From Hormiphora californensis (Eukaryota > Animalia > Ctenophora): a stretch of 64,000 nt of DNA. The position numbers and the translations under genes were made by a program. The DNA lies in the NCBI GenBank assembly GCA_020137815.1, contig CM035361.1, positions 1,364,001 through 1,428,000 of the forward strand. Direction: 5' to 3'. The notes below the pieces were generated by a model. It was not told where the DNA came from. It saw nothing but the letters and a program-made list of their open reading frames with translations, and did not search any database. Shown here piece by piece: positions 39,118 to 53,049 of this stretch. How positions within the stretch are numbered: the first letter of the stretch is position 1; every line of letters begins with the position of its first letter.

Positions 39118-42100
39118 TCACTTGATAGAAGGTTCAAGATAACAGTGCGTGATAGCGTCATTATGGTCACTACGATCATCCTCACGCCTCATTTGTGTCC
39201 ACCGCCTTGCAGAGCTCCTTCTTCTTGTAGAGCTCCTCCTCTTCTTACCACCACACGAACACCACTCTAGACGAATATCTCGGAGCTTCAGGGCGAGCCT
39301 GTTCTTTAGTTTTGTCCAAAAAGTTGTCTTTGTGCTGGCTGCTCGATCCCGGGCTGCGGCAACTACCAACTCCACGACAAGGAACACAAATGATATGATG
39401 AGACCTAGGACTAGGAAGTAGAAGATTCCTTTGAGAGTGTAGAAAGAGAGCTGTGCTTCATCTCCAACACCACCCCTGTCACACATAGTGTCTTTCTTAC
39501 CCCAGGTGTCCCAAAGTTTGGTGAAGAACCCTTCCTCTCTGTACTGGAGGATCTGCTTGTTCAACAGCCGGGCATGGGGCGAGTTATTGGGAAGACCAAA
39601 TGCAGTGGGAATAGTCAGCAGTCTCTCTCCCACTGTAAAGATGTCGCAGCTGGAGGATGTATTGTACTCCAACCATAGACTGTCTTCAATGTAGGCGAAT
39701 TTAACTTCTTGTACGAGCTGCATACCTGGATGAAGGGGATCAATTAGGATCAAATGATGTAGTAGGAAGAGGTTCACGCCCATGGCAACCGCCTCTTGGT
39801 AAGCGGATTCTAGTGCTAAAATCACAAAAAGCGAACTCGAGATTTCAGCCGGAAACGAGAGTTAGGGGTTAATGTAAAGGTTAGGGTTAGATATATAGAG
39901 TCCTCCTTGGGTTTAGATATAGAGTCCGTTAGCACTAGAGTCCGCCTATAGATATCACTGAACGACAGTTGTGATTCTTACCACTTGAAAAGTTCCCCAC
40001 ATCAATAGAATGCTCCTCAAGTTTCTGGTATTGCTGTCTGACGTGGTTCTTCAGCAGTGTCGCATCCACACCGTCACGAATCATTCCCCAATTATACACA
40101 GTCTGCAGAATATGATTAATGGTGAACAGAAATGTTACTCCTTTATAGAAAGTTAGGACCCAATTACCAATCGTGATGATTGTATTCTTTAACGTAATTT
40201 AATTGGAACTTGCTCGTACATTATCTGGAGGTTGGTTGAGGAGATCTACTGCCCGTTTTATAGGGACACCCTGCTTGTCAAGGGTCATGAAAGCCGTCAA
40301 GTTTGCTGTGTACATGTTAACCATCAACAAAACGAAAAACCACCTGAGAGAAAGATTGGGTGGCGAGGGAGGGAGTTCTAGGAATTTCAAACTCGTTAAT
40401 TAAAAAAAAAAAAGATTGTTGTGTTGACTAATGGGAGAGGGACTCACCAAGTTAATAGAATAGTGCGTCCAGAGGGGCTCCTCGGGAGGGGCTCTCCACC
40501 TTGGCCAACAAACCCACTTCCAACGACCCACAGGGCATTATACACCGACATCTTTTCCGAGGACACTTCCTCTTCTGCTGCTTCAACTAGACAAACCTAA
40601 TCGTGTGAAATATAAACTGTTTCCCGGCTGCTTTTTCCATAGTTCAAACTTAAAAATATGGAGAAAGCTTAGTGACATATTCTCATGAGAAGCCCCCCCC
40701 CCCCCCCCTTACTAACTAGTTACCCAATTACCTCGACTTCCTCTATCCCGAGTTTCATTTTTCCTTCCCCATCCATCATAGGGCCCACGCAGTCATCACA
40801 TTTGCAGATTAGCTGTAAGATAGCGGATTTGACATATTATATGCCGGCACGTGCCATAGCTCGATAGTTTAAAACTTTAGCTGACAGATGTTTTGTTTTT
40901 TTTTTTTTTTTTATTTAGTTTTTTTTGTTTGTCACTTAAACCATGGGATACGCTCAGCCAAACCTCCATACCAACGACGGGTATGAGGTAAACTATGGCG
41001 CTGGTCCCTTCTCTCTCATCGGGAGGGAGAGAAAGAGGACTCATGTTAATTTCTGAATTTTGATGGATCTTGGGTCTGTTAGGTAACGTTTTGCCTTGAG
41101 AGGATCTTGGTCGCGGTAGGTACCATTTTGCCCTTGGGAGAGATTGGTCTGATTCTTGAAATAGGAACGTTTGCCTTGAGAGGGTCTGGTCGGGTAGGGT
41201 AAAATTTTGCCTTTAGAGAGGTCGTTGGTCTTGAAAATACGAGATACCGATTAATGCCTTGAGAGATCATGATAGGATCGGGTAGATAACGTAATTGATA
41301 TTATTATAGATTGTTGTCTGTCTTGCGGGCACACTCTAAGCTATGTCTTGTCTATACTTATTATTGAACAATCATTACCTTCACAATATCAAACTGTACA
41401 CAATAAATGAACAAAACACTACGGACAGTGAAAACTTACGACCTTGCTGGATGATTGGTACCGTGATGTTGTTGGTGATGAGAGAGAGGTGTAAACATCC
41501 AATGGTGATAAAGATAACGAAAAAGATCAAAACAAAACAAGGGGTTGGGCAGATTGTAGCACCACTAAGTGTAAAATGTTTATTCTAGAGGCCAATTCGG
41601 ATGAAATGAAATAGATAAGAAAAGTTGTTAGTTTAGTTGTTACACGCGAATATATAAGCGACTAGGGCACCAAAAACACAGAATTGTCTCTGTAGTTGTG
41701 TGTTTTGCAAAGTCCGCTTATTGGGAGAGGTGGGTGGGGGAGGGGGGTGGGGTGGGGCGGGGGGGTGGATATAGTGGACAAAAATGTTTTAGACTGTAAT
41801 TTAGTAATGAGACCCAAGCCGGCCCCCGAGAGACAGTCAGTGTAAATGGGAGGTTCATGTGTGATGGAAATGGAGAATAGAAAAAGATGTGAGTTGCAGT
41901 TTATGAGCAAATAGCCCTTTTTGGTGTCTGAGACAAGCTCCCAGTGAACGACTGAATTTCGTAAGAACGAGTCAGATTGACAAGATAGTAAACTATTGTT
42001 GTACACTTTTAAACATATGAATTATATTATGCGATGGCCTATTTTTATCTTGAGAGATGGTGCATGGGCTAAGAGATATTACATTCTATTATAGAATTAG

Positions 42101-45100
42101 ACATGCTACTTTTAAGAAATCACGTGTAATAACCTGTAATACCTGGGCACGTAGCCAACCTGAGATCACAGGTCTCAGTGAAAAATAGCCGTGCACTTGA
42201 CCTGAGGTTCATGCACGACTGTTTTCCCCCATTACCTGGGCATGAGACACGATTCCATGTTTATCAAAGGGTGAGAGTTGCTCGAAACCCTGACCAAGCA
42301 CATTCTGTAGAATTGCTATTGCCACTATTGCAATCAATATTGCAAACCAAGTTGTAATCGCTGCATTATATGGAAAAATGAAATTAGTTACTTTTACTGG
42401 AGCGGGAAAAATGTGTGTGGATTCAGGGAATTGTTCTGAGAGAACTAGGAATTAGGATGTTTACCGAATGGTGTCAGAAAGAAGAAAGTGTTGTTAGTTT
42501 TTGATTCCCCCTTCATTACAACGCTTATCCCTGTGTCGATATAACTATAGGTAAATGCAATCCACCCTCTGCGTTCCGAGCTAACCGTGACATCCATGGC
42601 TATCATATCAATCTTGTTGTTGATTAGATCCCCAATGAGACCACTCCATGTTCCTGTGGCCTCATTTAGCGATCCATGTACCTTTTCTTTTGGCTGCAGG
42701 GGTATATATGTTTAGATATTATTGTATCTAGCTTGGAGCTTTATCCTGTTCGCAGTGCCCAATAAAATCCGATTAGAAGCACACACATATGTTGAATCAG
42801 TGCAACACATACGTCACACACACAAACACACAAGCTTCTAATACCTGAATGAACTGGTAGCTAAAGTTCAAGTCCCGGGCCATCTTGTGGAGTATCTCGG
42901 GGCAAATTCCTATCCAGCATTCAATGGCGTTGCTTGTACACCCATGCTTTTTCATAGCAAAGGGAGGGACCTCCATTATCTGGGTGACATGATATTAGCT
43001 TGTAATATACGGTATAGTAATTATGTAGTATGTACACTGTACAGTCGGACCCCGATTGAATGGCAGGATAATCTTCCTGTACCAGAAATTTTTCTACTCC
43101 ATCATTTAGATCTCGATAAGTTAGCTTTGTCATGTTAAATAACCCTTCTTTTATAGGTTGATTTAGTATTATATTATATTCGACAAAGGCTCGAGCTAGG
43201 CAAAGTGATAATAATAAACCCCTACTATCTACTTCCCGTATAATAGTAACCTTATTTTTCACCTATTAGAAAAGCATAATTTATGCAGACTATCATCCGG
43301 ATGATATATATGACCAGGATGCATCCTGGTCATATCATAGCACTGGCAAGTGCCCCGGGCCCAAAAGGGGGGTGGTGTGGCACAGCCCCACCATAAACGG
43401 GGGGTGGGGGCAGAGCCCCCCCACCTTGAAATACCCTCTACCTCAAAAAACAAAAGAGAAGAGAGAGCAACCAACACCGTCTACACACAAGCGCGTGAAA
43501 CTGCCGTGCTATATATACAATGAGATTCGAGGGTTTTTTATGCTTTAAAACGCATGTTCAAGATAAATTAGAGAGCTGAAATTTGTAACTCTGAGTGCTT
43601 CATTGGAGAAAGAAGAGGCATGCAAATTTCAGAACGATCGGTGTAAGGTAAAAATTTGCCAGAGGGGTCCAAAAATGCAAAATGTAAAGGAGGGGAGGGG
43701 GAGGGGGAGGACGCTTTGTATCTCTGAGTGTTCTCCTAAACACAAATTAGTAGAGGACTTGCCGTTTGGAACACTGGTTCCTACATCATTGCGCTCGGAA
43801 TAGCTGTGTGAGAACTTCGAAATCGCCATCATAGTTCATTAATTATTCATTAATAGTCATAATATTAATTTAACCATGGTTGCGATATTATTGACACGCA
43901 CTCGAAGGTCATAAAGACTTGAAACCGGGCTTAGGCGACGCGGATATGAGTCGAATTATTGGGGGGGGGGGGCGGGTGCTACTCGGGACAAAAATTCTCT
44001 ATCTCGCACCGTTAAGCCGTTATTGTTTATATTAGCACCTATTCACACGATTTCATGCATATTTCAAATTTTCACTTCAGCTAGTCCTAGAACGTTTTCA
44101 TGGGCCATATTTCGACGTAAATAGTCGATTTATGGGGGGTCGTTCCCCCGGGACAAAAAGTCGTTATCTCGCCCAACCGTTTAGCTGTTATTGCCATATT
44201 ATGCACCGTTCCTGATTTATGCATATTCTAAATATACTTCCCAGTCAGCGTAAGAGTACTGGTAAAGTATAGGAACATTTTCATGGAATTTCGACGCAAA
44301 AAATAGTCGATTTATGGGGGTCGTCCCCCTGACAAAAAGTCGTATATTTTCTCACCGTTTAGTCGTTATTCGTATATTTTGAATTATTCAAATTCGAAAA
44401 ATAGGCAGAAATCAGAAAAAATAGCTTTTTTCTATTTTACACAAAAAGAAACAGAAATTAGGCACAAAACCCCAATTAAATGAAATTAGTTGGAGCCGGG
44501 CCCACGGGACCATGGGGGGTCCGAGGAGTAAACACCTTTAGGCTACTGTCATAAATGATGGATATGGGGAGCGATCAGGCAAAGGAAATTAGGATAGAAA
44601 GGTGCGCTATAATCAAAAAAAGACGCAGCGATAAATCCGAGGAGAGAGAAAAAAAGAGGAGATATAGTGAAGAAAAAGTGAGAGAACAGAGAAGAGAGAG
44701 AGCAGAGAGAGAGAGAGGAGAGAGAGAGTAGCGGAGAGAGGAGAGAGAGAGAAGAGAGAGAGAAGGAGAGAGTGACTCGGAGAGAGACGATGAGAGAGGA
44801 GAGAGAGAGCGAAAAGAGCATGTGTGAGAGAGGTGAGGAGATGAGAGGAGAAGTGAGAGAGATAGATAGGATAGACAGATTGAAGGATAACAATTAAACA
44901 ATTAACGAGATATGCCGTTAATTATGGCAGTAGCTAAAGGTTACCCCCGTGACACCACATGGGCCCGGGCATCCAAACTAATTTATTTAATTGGTTTTTG
45001 GACTAATATATATATATGTGTTGCCGCAATATCACCTATATAATAGCCAGTAGCCTATACTACGATAATCAATAACTAATACAAGTCTCTCAGTCCTGGA

Positions 45101-48100
45101 AATATAATTTATATGTTCAAAATCGACATATAATTTACATTTCAACGTAATGGAATAATTTTAAGGGAATAATTTTAAACAAGGACAGGTGTGCGACTCT
45201 AATTATCTAGAAAAAAAAAAAAAAAAAAAATTATCTAGAAAGTCTTCTGAAATCATTTTTTTAAATTTTAGTCCCTGGAAGAACTAATTGTTTGACCACG
45301 TCTCACCGCCCCCCCTGTTCGACTTTGAAGAAATAGAAAAAGGCGTTTTAAATTTGGAGATAACCAATATAAACTATTCAATTGAGACTATATGAAAGCA
45401 GATTGTGTTTGAAGGCGATTTAAATTGGAGTTTTCTGAACATATTTACCCCTATCTTTAGGACTTGTCCTTCAAGATTATTCGCCAAACCAAGTGGTGAT
45501 GATTTCATTCCTCCGAGGAAAGTTTGGTCTCGATTTGTTATCTCTAACCTTGTAAAAAATATTAAATTTAGAAATGATTCCATTGTTGTTGATCACAGAT
45601 CGAGTTCTCACCTTTTACCCACAATTTTATCGCTACTCCAGCTTCCAATTTTATTGAAATGAAGTCCCGTACCATCATCAACAAAGTTAAGAACATTGTA
45701 TGACGCCACTTTGGTTGTTTGATCCTCGGCATTAAAACTGTACGTGCCTGTATGTAACATTGCAGTGACAATATGGGTATCATATATAACACTACTGTAT
45801 AAGTGATCAGCGAGAATGCGAGATCTTGATCATGTGCAACCCTGATTGTACAATGTACACACTTTTATAGGGAGTGATTGGTAATGAAATTACCCCTCCG
45901 CGAAATATGCAATATTAGGGGTGGCTTCGTAACGAAAGGGAGTGACTTAATGGTTAGGTAGACTGTACCGGAGGGTGCCTATAGTGACAATATGGTACGA
46001 ACCTGTTACACCCTTGTAGGTACTGTTGGTGAAGTGATCGAATATGGTGTGACCCTCATTGAAACCAGAGCCACCACACCGACCCCCTGAGTGATCCATT
46101 TCAGATTCAACTCTGTCACTATCATGGTTCTCCAGTACCTGAAGATAGGTTGTCTCATATAAGACCCTCCTCTTCGCACCGCGCGCGTCCGCCCCTGCTC
46201 TAGTGACAGTACGTGAGGCCGCGTAGCGGCCTCGCGTAGCATGTGTGTAATGTCTATTTAATACTTAATAGCTATTTACATCTATCTCCTCCTATTTATA
46301 TCTCTAATATCTCCATCTTCATCTTCATTCATCTCCATCTCGATTGGTATGATCTCTTTCCCCATGATCTCTCCATCTCTCCATCTCTCCCTCTCCATCT
46401 CTCCATCTCTCCATCCCCATCTCTCCATCCCCATCTCTCCATCTCCCTCTACATCTCTCCATCTCTCCATCCCCATCTCTCCATCCCCATCTCTCCATAC
46501 CCTCTACATTCTCTCATCTCTCTTCTCCAAACCGATCTATCCATCTCTCCATCTCCCTCTCCATCTCTCTATCCTCATCTCTCTTCATTTTATTACCGTT
46601 CCTGTCATCATGCGACGCAGCACATGTGTGTACATTATAGATGTCCGATGATTATTGATGTTGCATTTCCAAACAGACCATTGGCGAACTTCATCAGGTT
46701 ACTCTTGAACTCCCTGCAGTTGGAAGTGATTATTGCAGAGCAATTAATCGAGAAGTTTTAACAGAAAGTTAGATAAAAACTAGGTTATTAGAAATAATAA
46801 TTAAAGGCACCATATGTACTTGTATTGTGGAGTTGTTGTGTTGATGTAGATGGACAACCCCAACAATCCACCCATCCAGGCTGGATGGTATCCTTTTGAT
46901 CTTTTAGCTTTCCGTGGTGGTGGGTCGAGGTGATCCATCAGAAGAGAGTTAGGGGCGCTGGAAATGCCCTCTGTTACAATCCAAACAAACGTTCCTTCCA
47001 ATAATCCGATCTGTAATTGTTTGTCTTTAATTTTTTTTTTTTTTTTTTTGGATACTCGCGCATAGAGCACAGGTAGTACAAACAAGGTTCCTAGAAATCG
47101 ACATCGAATACTGACATATATTCAGCGGAGAGAATTAGAGCGCGATATACACATGAACGTGCCTCGAAGAAGTTTAGGTCAGAGAATACGGAGGGGGGAA
47201 ATCGATATCATCTCGCAATTATTAACCAACCAGTACCTTTCTGTGCTCTTTTGCTCATGCACACCTCGCACCCAGTGCGAGTACGTGTTGGCTTACAGCC
47301 CCCGGCAAAACCGAAGACCCCTCTACCCACGAGGATGCCTCTCCTACATTCTTCAAAACACATCAGCTTCAAGTCAGTCGTCAATCCTCCACGGGGTTCG
47401 AAGAAGCGGGTCACATGCAAGATAAACATCTTAACTCACCATCTGCTATCCTTGACGCATCTCGATTATCAAAAACACGACCTAACCCCACACCAATTCC
47501 AGGTAAGGGCTGTACATGACCAATTTTTTACAATATCACGCAACATACTCACTAACATCAATCAGCTTCCACTGGAATGTCCTGCTGACAATCATTTTCA
47601 TCTGCTTAGCGGTTATCTCGTGACAACAAATGTGAGACGTTTGGTGACCCCGTGAATACCGTAGTTGCTATCTGAGGCAATGATACTCAAATCTGTCCAG
47701 CCGTAGTAAGTCAGGATATCTAGGATTACCACAGCCTGGTACTCATCAGAGGGAGCCATCATTAGTAGCTCCGATCGGTCACCTGATTGTATGGGGGGAG
47801 GGGGGAGGGGGTTGGAGAGGTTAGATCGATCTGCAAGGATTCTATAAATCCTTGCTTATATAATGTATAAATCCTTGCTTATATAAAGTATAATCCCCTC
47901 CCTTTGGTCGGACAGTAAGTATATGGTGTAGCGAATCACCCTAGCGGGTGGCCCGCTACGTGTTTGCACCTGTTTTGAGATTTGGATCCGTTGCACTTGT
48001 TGAAATTAGGGGAACGTTAATCCGGTTAAAGATGTCAGCCTGAAGTCCCACAATGTCAGAGTTATCCGGGGAGATGACTAGCGATATATTGTTCTCAAGT

Positions 48101-49384
48101 AGTTCACAGGAACTAATTACACTATGGTAGACGGATTGAGGGTTGTACAGCTGAAAGTACGGGTTGATTCTGATCGAGGTTGATTGGTTATTGATGCGAT
48201 CTGTTGCGTACAAAACTGCCGTCCTGAAAAAGTGTGGTTAAACTAAACCAATCTTCAACTACTAGTACAGTCGGACCCCGATTTAACGGCCCCCGATTTG
48301 TAGGGCACCCCGATTTAAGGACAGGATAAAATTTCCCCCAAAAAAATTTTGAAATTTTTTTGAAAATTTTTTGAAAATTTTTCAAAGGAGTATCAACACC
48401 ACATCCGAATAGTGTTTCGAATCGGTGCATTTATTGATGTCTTGCCGTGGTAATGACGGTTCGAAAAGAACAGAATTGATCCCCATGAGGCCCCATCGAA
48501 TCGCCCAATTTTGGACGTTTTTTGTTAAACTGGCCCCATGGGGACCACGTATCGGTTCGTTTCGAACCGTTCTTCTAAAATAGCGAACCAGCAGAAACGT
48601 GCGGTAATTTTTAAGAGGCCATGATTCGAAACACCGATTCGGGACGTGGTTGATATGAACCTTTGAAAAAGTTTCATAAACTTTTTTTGCAAAGTGTACA
48701 GGAATTTGTCAATGCTTGAGCGATGCCCCCCATGAATTCAGAGAAAAATATTATTTTTAAATTCGAATTCTTCTCACCCCGATAAAGTGCCCCGATGGCC
48801 ATGGTTATCCACACTATCGGTTCGTTTCGAAACCGCTAATTTCTAATTAGTAGCAAGACCCTTGCTGATTAAGATGCTGCCACTGATTCGGAAAACCACG
48901 ATTCGACCGTGGTTGATGTTAGTACCTTTATAAAGTTTGGAAAACGTTGTGAATGAAATTAAAAAAAATTCTTTCCTTTCGAACCACCAGAAATGACATG
49001 TAACAATGTGCGTATGGACATTGCATTTAACACTTAGATGTGTTTTTAGTATAACAGTTTGGACAAAAATAGGGTTTTATATGGGCCAAATATGCTTACC
49101 ACGATTTTTTATACGGAACCCCGATTAACGGACCAAAACCCTTTCCCCGAGCGAGGGGTTGCCGTTTAAATCGGGGTCCGACTGTATAACATATATAGGC
49201 ATCTCCCTCTCCACTACTCACTTGAATGAATCTAGATAATTGTCAGCACGATTAATCATAATTCCAATGTTATATTATTGTGTCAAGGGCAACGAAACAG
49301 AAGGGACAAAGGATAACAAATGACCAGTAAAAACGAGCAAAAGAACAAAGTAAATTAGAAGGATTAAAGATCACTTGGTGCCAT
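39118..49384 (-). CDS. Ionotropic glutamate receptor subunit, probably epsilon (GluE) subfamily
   Basis: ATD exons include ~48222-47969, 47781-, ~47010-46819, 46138-46003, 45747-45612, 45548-45449. S1: 42979-42845 and 42693-42465 (GTWSGLIGDL..DVTVSSERR). M1: 42360-42236. Loop: 40812-40732 (CKCDDC). M2: 40586-40448 (FVGQGG). M3: 40343-40220 (MYTANLTAF). S2: 40102-39982. S2/M4/C-tail: 39725-39118. Frameshifts in exon 1, near 46.6, 47.1-47.6 and 40.76 kb are probably sequence errors. Confidence 0.93.
40893..41940 (-). mobile_element. ~1-kb intronic interspersed repeat with A/AAAC-rich tail (retroposon-like)
   Basis: Segments match 60167-60300 and 60604-60953 in the opposite orientation. ~37-bp internal tandem repeats. 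Confidence 0.55.
46300..46585. repeat. (CATCTCTC/CCATCC)n simple repeat
   Basis: Read directly. Confidence 0.9.
48268..49184. mobile_element. 917-bp member of the CAGTCGGACCCC Tc1/pogo family in iGluR intron 1
   Basis: TA-cagtcggaccccgatttaa ... aaatcggggtccgactg-TA, with internal repeats. Confidence 0.88.
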
Positions 49385-51319
49385 GATGTATCAGCTGCAG
49401 AAGAATAGAAGATGGAAGCTAGGACAAGTTAAGATTCAAATTATATCTCATATATACGAGGCGGTTATATTGAGGCTATACATGTATATTGAAGTGATTA
49501 ACAACAATATTGTTTCAATATTGAAAACAATGCGGCATATGAGATTTCGTTTTTTTGTAGTCATATGCAGCTTATTAAGCTTTCTTGGAAATGGACGTTT
49601 TTCTTAGTAAACAGAAACTAGTATGAAGCTGAACAAATTTGTGACAGTTTTACATGTACATATTAAAATAAAACTACTAGTATGTAATATGTAATAGTAA
49701 TAGGAGTCCTATTTGCAGACTGAATGACGGCTACAATTAGGACTGGCAAAGCGATCTAACATATGAGCCCTATTATGACATTCCACACTCTTCGTTTGTT
49801 ACGTTGCTGAGCTCGCTTTGATCCTAGTACATATCTACTTCCGAGATATACTGCAGCTGCACAACGACACCCTGTACAGTTACAAATAAGAAAAGAAAGA
49901 AACGCCACCGGACACACCCTAAAGAGAAGAAAAGGGAACAAAAGAGGGAGGAAGAGGGTATGGGAGAAAAATCAAAGAAAGCAAAAAGAGAAAAAAATGA
50001 AAACGATAGAAAAAAAAAGAAGGGAAAAAAAAACGGAGAGGGAGGCGGGGGAGGAAGATGGAGGAAAAGTATATGAAGAGAGGCGAGAGGAGTCAGGAGA
50101 AGAAGATGGAAAAAAAATAAAGATAAATAAAATAAAATAAAAATTTAAAGGAGGTCATAAAACTGAGTACGAGGACGGTCGGAGTATGGATGAAACCAAC
50201 CCCAGACCAATACCAGTAAGGAACTTGTTGGACAAGTAAGAACCGGGAACCTTTTTGGGGACTCTATCAAACATACGACAACAGAGAAGGCGAGGGAGGT
50301 GTTAGTGATTTCGCCCCCCAGCAAATGATGGCGTGGGCGATGGGGGTAACGGAATTTAAGAGATTGGGAATTGGCAAAATTGGCACTGAACCCAAATTTA
50401 AACCTGAATCAAAAACAAATAGCCGAGTACCCCCCCTCTTTCTCGACTAATTGCCCCTACTTTTTCAATGATGGAAAAACAAGTGCAATGCGAAGGGTTA
50501 GATCAGCAGGACTCGCGCTAATGTGTGTGTTGTGTCGGCTCTAACCGGTTGCGCACATATGGGTTGGAAGATCTGCGTTAGATGTATTTACTGCAAAAAC
50601 CCAAATAGAGCTACACTCCTCGAAAAAAAAAAAGAAGATGGAAGGAAGAGATATAGAATGAAAAGCCTAGGCTGGAGAGGAGTCTCCTAGGTCTGTGGGG
50701 GATCACACGAACTGCGCCAAGGAGTGCGATGTGAGTTGTGCGATTTTTTGGATATATATACCATGCGAAATATACGATTACGGAGACATCGTATCACCTT
50801 GCGTTGTTTTGGAATGTGACAGTGAACACATTATTGAACTTTTATTAGTGGCATCATAATCTAGAATCCACGATGTCGTGCTACCGAACACGCGAAGGCA
50901 CCCCAACACCCACCATACCTACTAGTACTAGTACACGCACAGCCTATCTATCCCTTATCATCTCACCACCCACATGTTCACTGCCATCTCCCAATCAGAC
51001 ACTATGTTGCCTCGGTTGTTTTGCATCTCAAACGTTAGCACCCGTAAACACTATCTCTCATGCAGCACAGTCTAAGCCCATTACCTGTCTTTTCAATTTC
51101 GGTGATACTTCTCATGGGTAACCCCCTCACCTCTCCACACAGGAAAGACAAGAAGGTGAAGACAGATAATGCTGGGAAAAAATAAAGAGACAACAAAAAT
51201 ATAGGATAGACGAAGGCTGCGATCAAGTAAGAAGGGCGGAAAAAATAACAGTAAACAAACTGCATATCTACAGGAATGCTCACTCGAATGGGGACATCCA
51301 CTTTCCCTCTCCAAACACA

Positions 51320-53000
51320 CTCTTTTTTCTCCGGTGTTCATCTCCTGGGTCACACTCCCTAAAAAAAAAGGAATAGAAAACGGTGTATGATAGCAATGGG
51401 GAAAAATAAATAAGAAAACAAAAATGATGAGACTTAGGTGAGAAGATCCATGGGTACAATACAATATAAACAACAGATAGCTACGGGTGTCGTTCCTATC
51501 TCCTGGGTCACCCCTCCCTCCACCAACAACAGCTCTCCCGGTGTTCCTTTCTCCTGGTCACCCCTCCTAACCCAACCTGCTCTCCCGGGTGCCTCCTCCT
51601 GGGTGTCACCCCCTCCCTCGCCACACCAGCTCTCTCCGTGTTCCTGTCCTGGGTCCACCCCCTCCCTCTCCAACACCAGCTCTCTCCGGTGTTCCTTTCC
51701 TGGGTCACCCCCATAAACACACCTGCTCTCTCCGGTGCTCCTTTATGGGTCACCCCTCCCTCTCCACACCTGCTCTCGGTGTTCCTTTCATGGGTCACCC
51801 CTCCCTCTCCACAACAAGCGATCTCGTGGTTAATTTACGGGGTCACCCCTACGGTCTCAGGTGTTCTATCCCTGGGTCACCCCCTCCCTCTCCACACCTG
51901 CTCTCTCCGTTTGCTCCCCTCAGGGGGCAAAACTCCCGTCTCCCACACTGCCTCTCCGTGCCTCCTTTCCTGGGTACCCTCCTCTCACACCTGCTCTCTC
52001 CGGTTGCGCCTTTCCGGGTCACCCTCCCTCCCACACGCTCTCTTCGGTGTTCCCTCTCTGGGTCACCCAATCCCCTGCCACACCAAGCTCTCTCCGGTGT
52101 TCCTCTCCTGGGTCACCACGAAAGAAAAAAAAAAGCTCTATAAAGGTGATAAGTTCACTGGGTCAACACTACATAACTCACAAACAAATGCCTCCTCGGT
52201 TGCTCCTATCCTGGGTCACCCCTACGTCTCCGGTGTTCCGCTCCTGGGGTCACCCCTCCCTCTCCACACCTGCTCTTATCCGGTCTGATCACTTTACTGG
52301 TCCACCACCTCCCTATCCACACATGCTCTCTCGGTGCTGTCATTTGTTCTGGGTCACCCCTCCCTCGCCAAAACGGCTCTTCTCCGGTGGAAAAACGACA
52401 AGGCGGAAAAAAAAAAACGGAGAAATAAAACAGGAGCACACAGAAGCACCGGCAAAAAGCGCGAAGAGGAAACCAAAGATAAGAACAAATAAACTCAGCG
52501 TACATGCATTGAGAGGGGAGTGAAAAGAATTGAGAAGACTAAAAAAAAAATATACTAAATAAAACACAATGAATAGATAAGGTGATAATATCAAAGGCGG
52601 CTAAAAAAAAAAAGATAAGGGGAGAATGGCAAACGGGGGAAACAATAAAGAAAAAAAAAACAGCTATATAAGGTTCGATACGTTAAGTGGGGAAAAAAAC
52701 GCATAACCAAAACAAAGATCTATCCGGGTGCCTATCCTGGGTAAAAACATCCATCCTCCACCACACCAGCTCGTCTCCGGTGGCTCCTTCCTGGGTCACC
52801 CCCTCCCTCCACACATTTGCTCTCTCCGGTGCTCCCCCTGGGTCACCCCTACGTTCTCCGGTGTTCCTTCCTGGGTCACCCTCCCTCTCCACAACTGCTT
52901 CTCGGGCTCCTTTCCGGGTCACCCCCTCCCTCTCCACACCTTATGCTCTCTCGGTGCTCCTTTCCTGGGTTCAGGTCAGGTTCCACACCTGGCTCTCACA
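51320..53000. repeat. Noisy ~45-50 bp C-rich minisatellite
   Basis: (ctctccggtgttcctttcctgggtcacccctccctctccacacctg)n interrupted by A-rich blocks. Confidence 0.8.
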
Positions 53001-53049
53001 GGCCTAGCTTTAAGTATCCTGGTTAAGTGGAAGGTAAAGCCACAGTAGC

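Noticed and set aside
41439-41584. Candidate iGluR M1 exon
   Set aside because: A clean in-phase M1 exon exists at 42360-42236, and this stretch lies within an intronic repeat.
39118-49384. iGluR as a pseudogene
   Set aside because: Disruptions fall in homopolymers or noisy patches while the core exons are intact, so sequence error is more likely.
51434-53048. Cluster of overlapping Pro/Ser-rich ORFs
   Set aside because: Translations of a noisy minisatellite.
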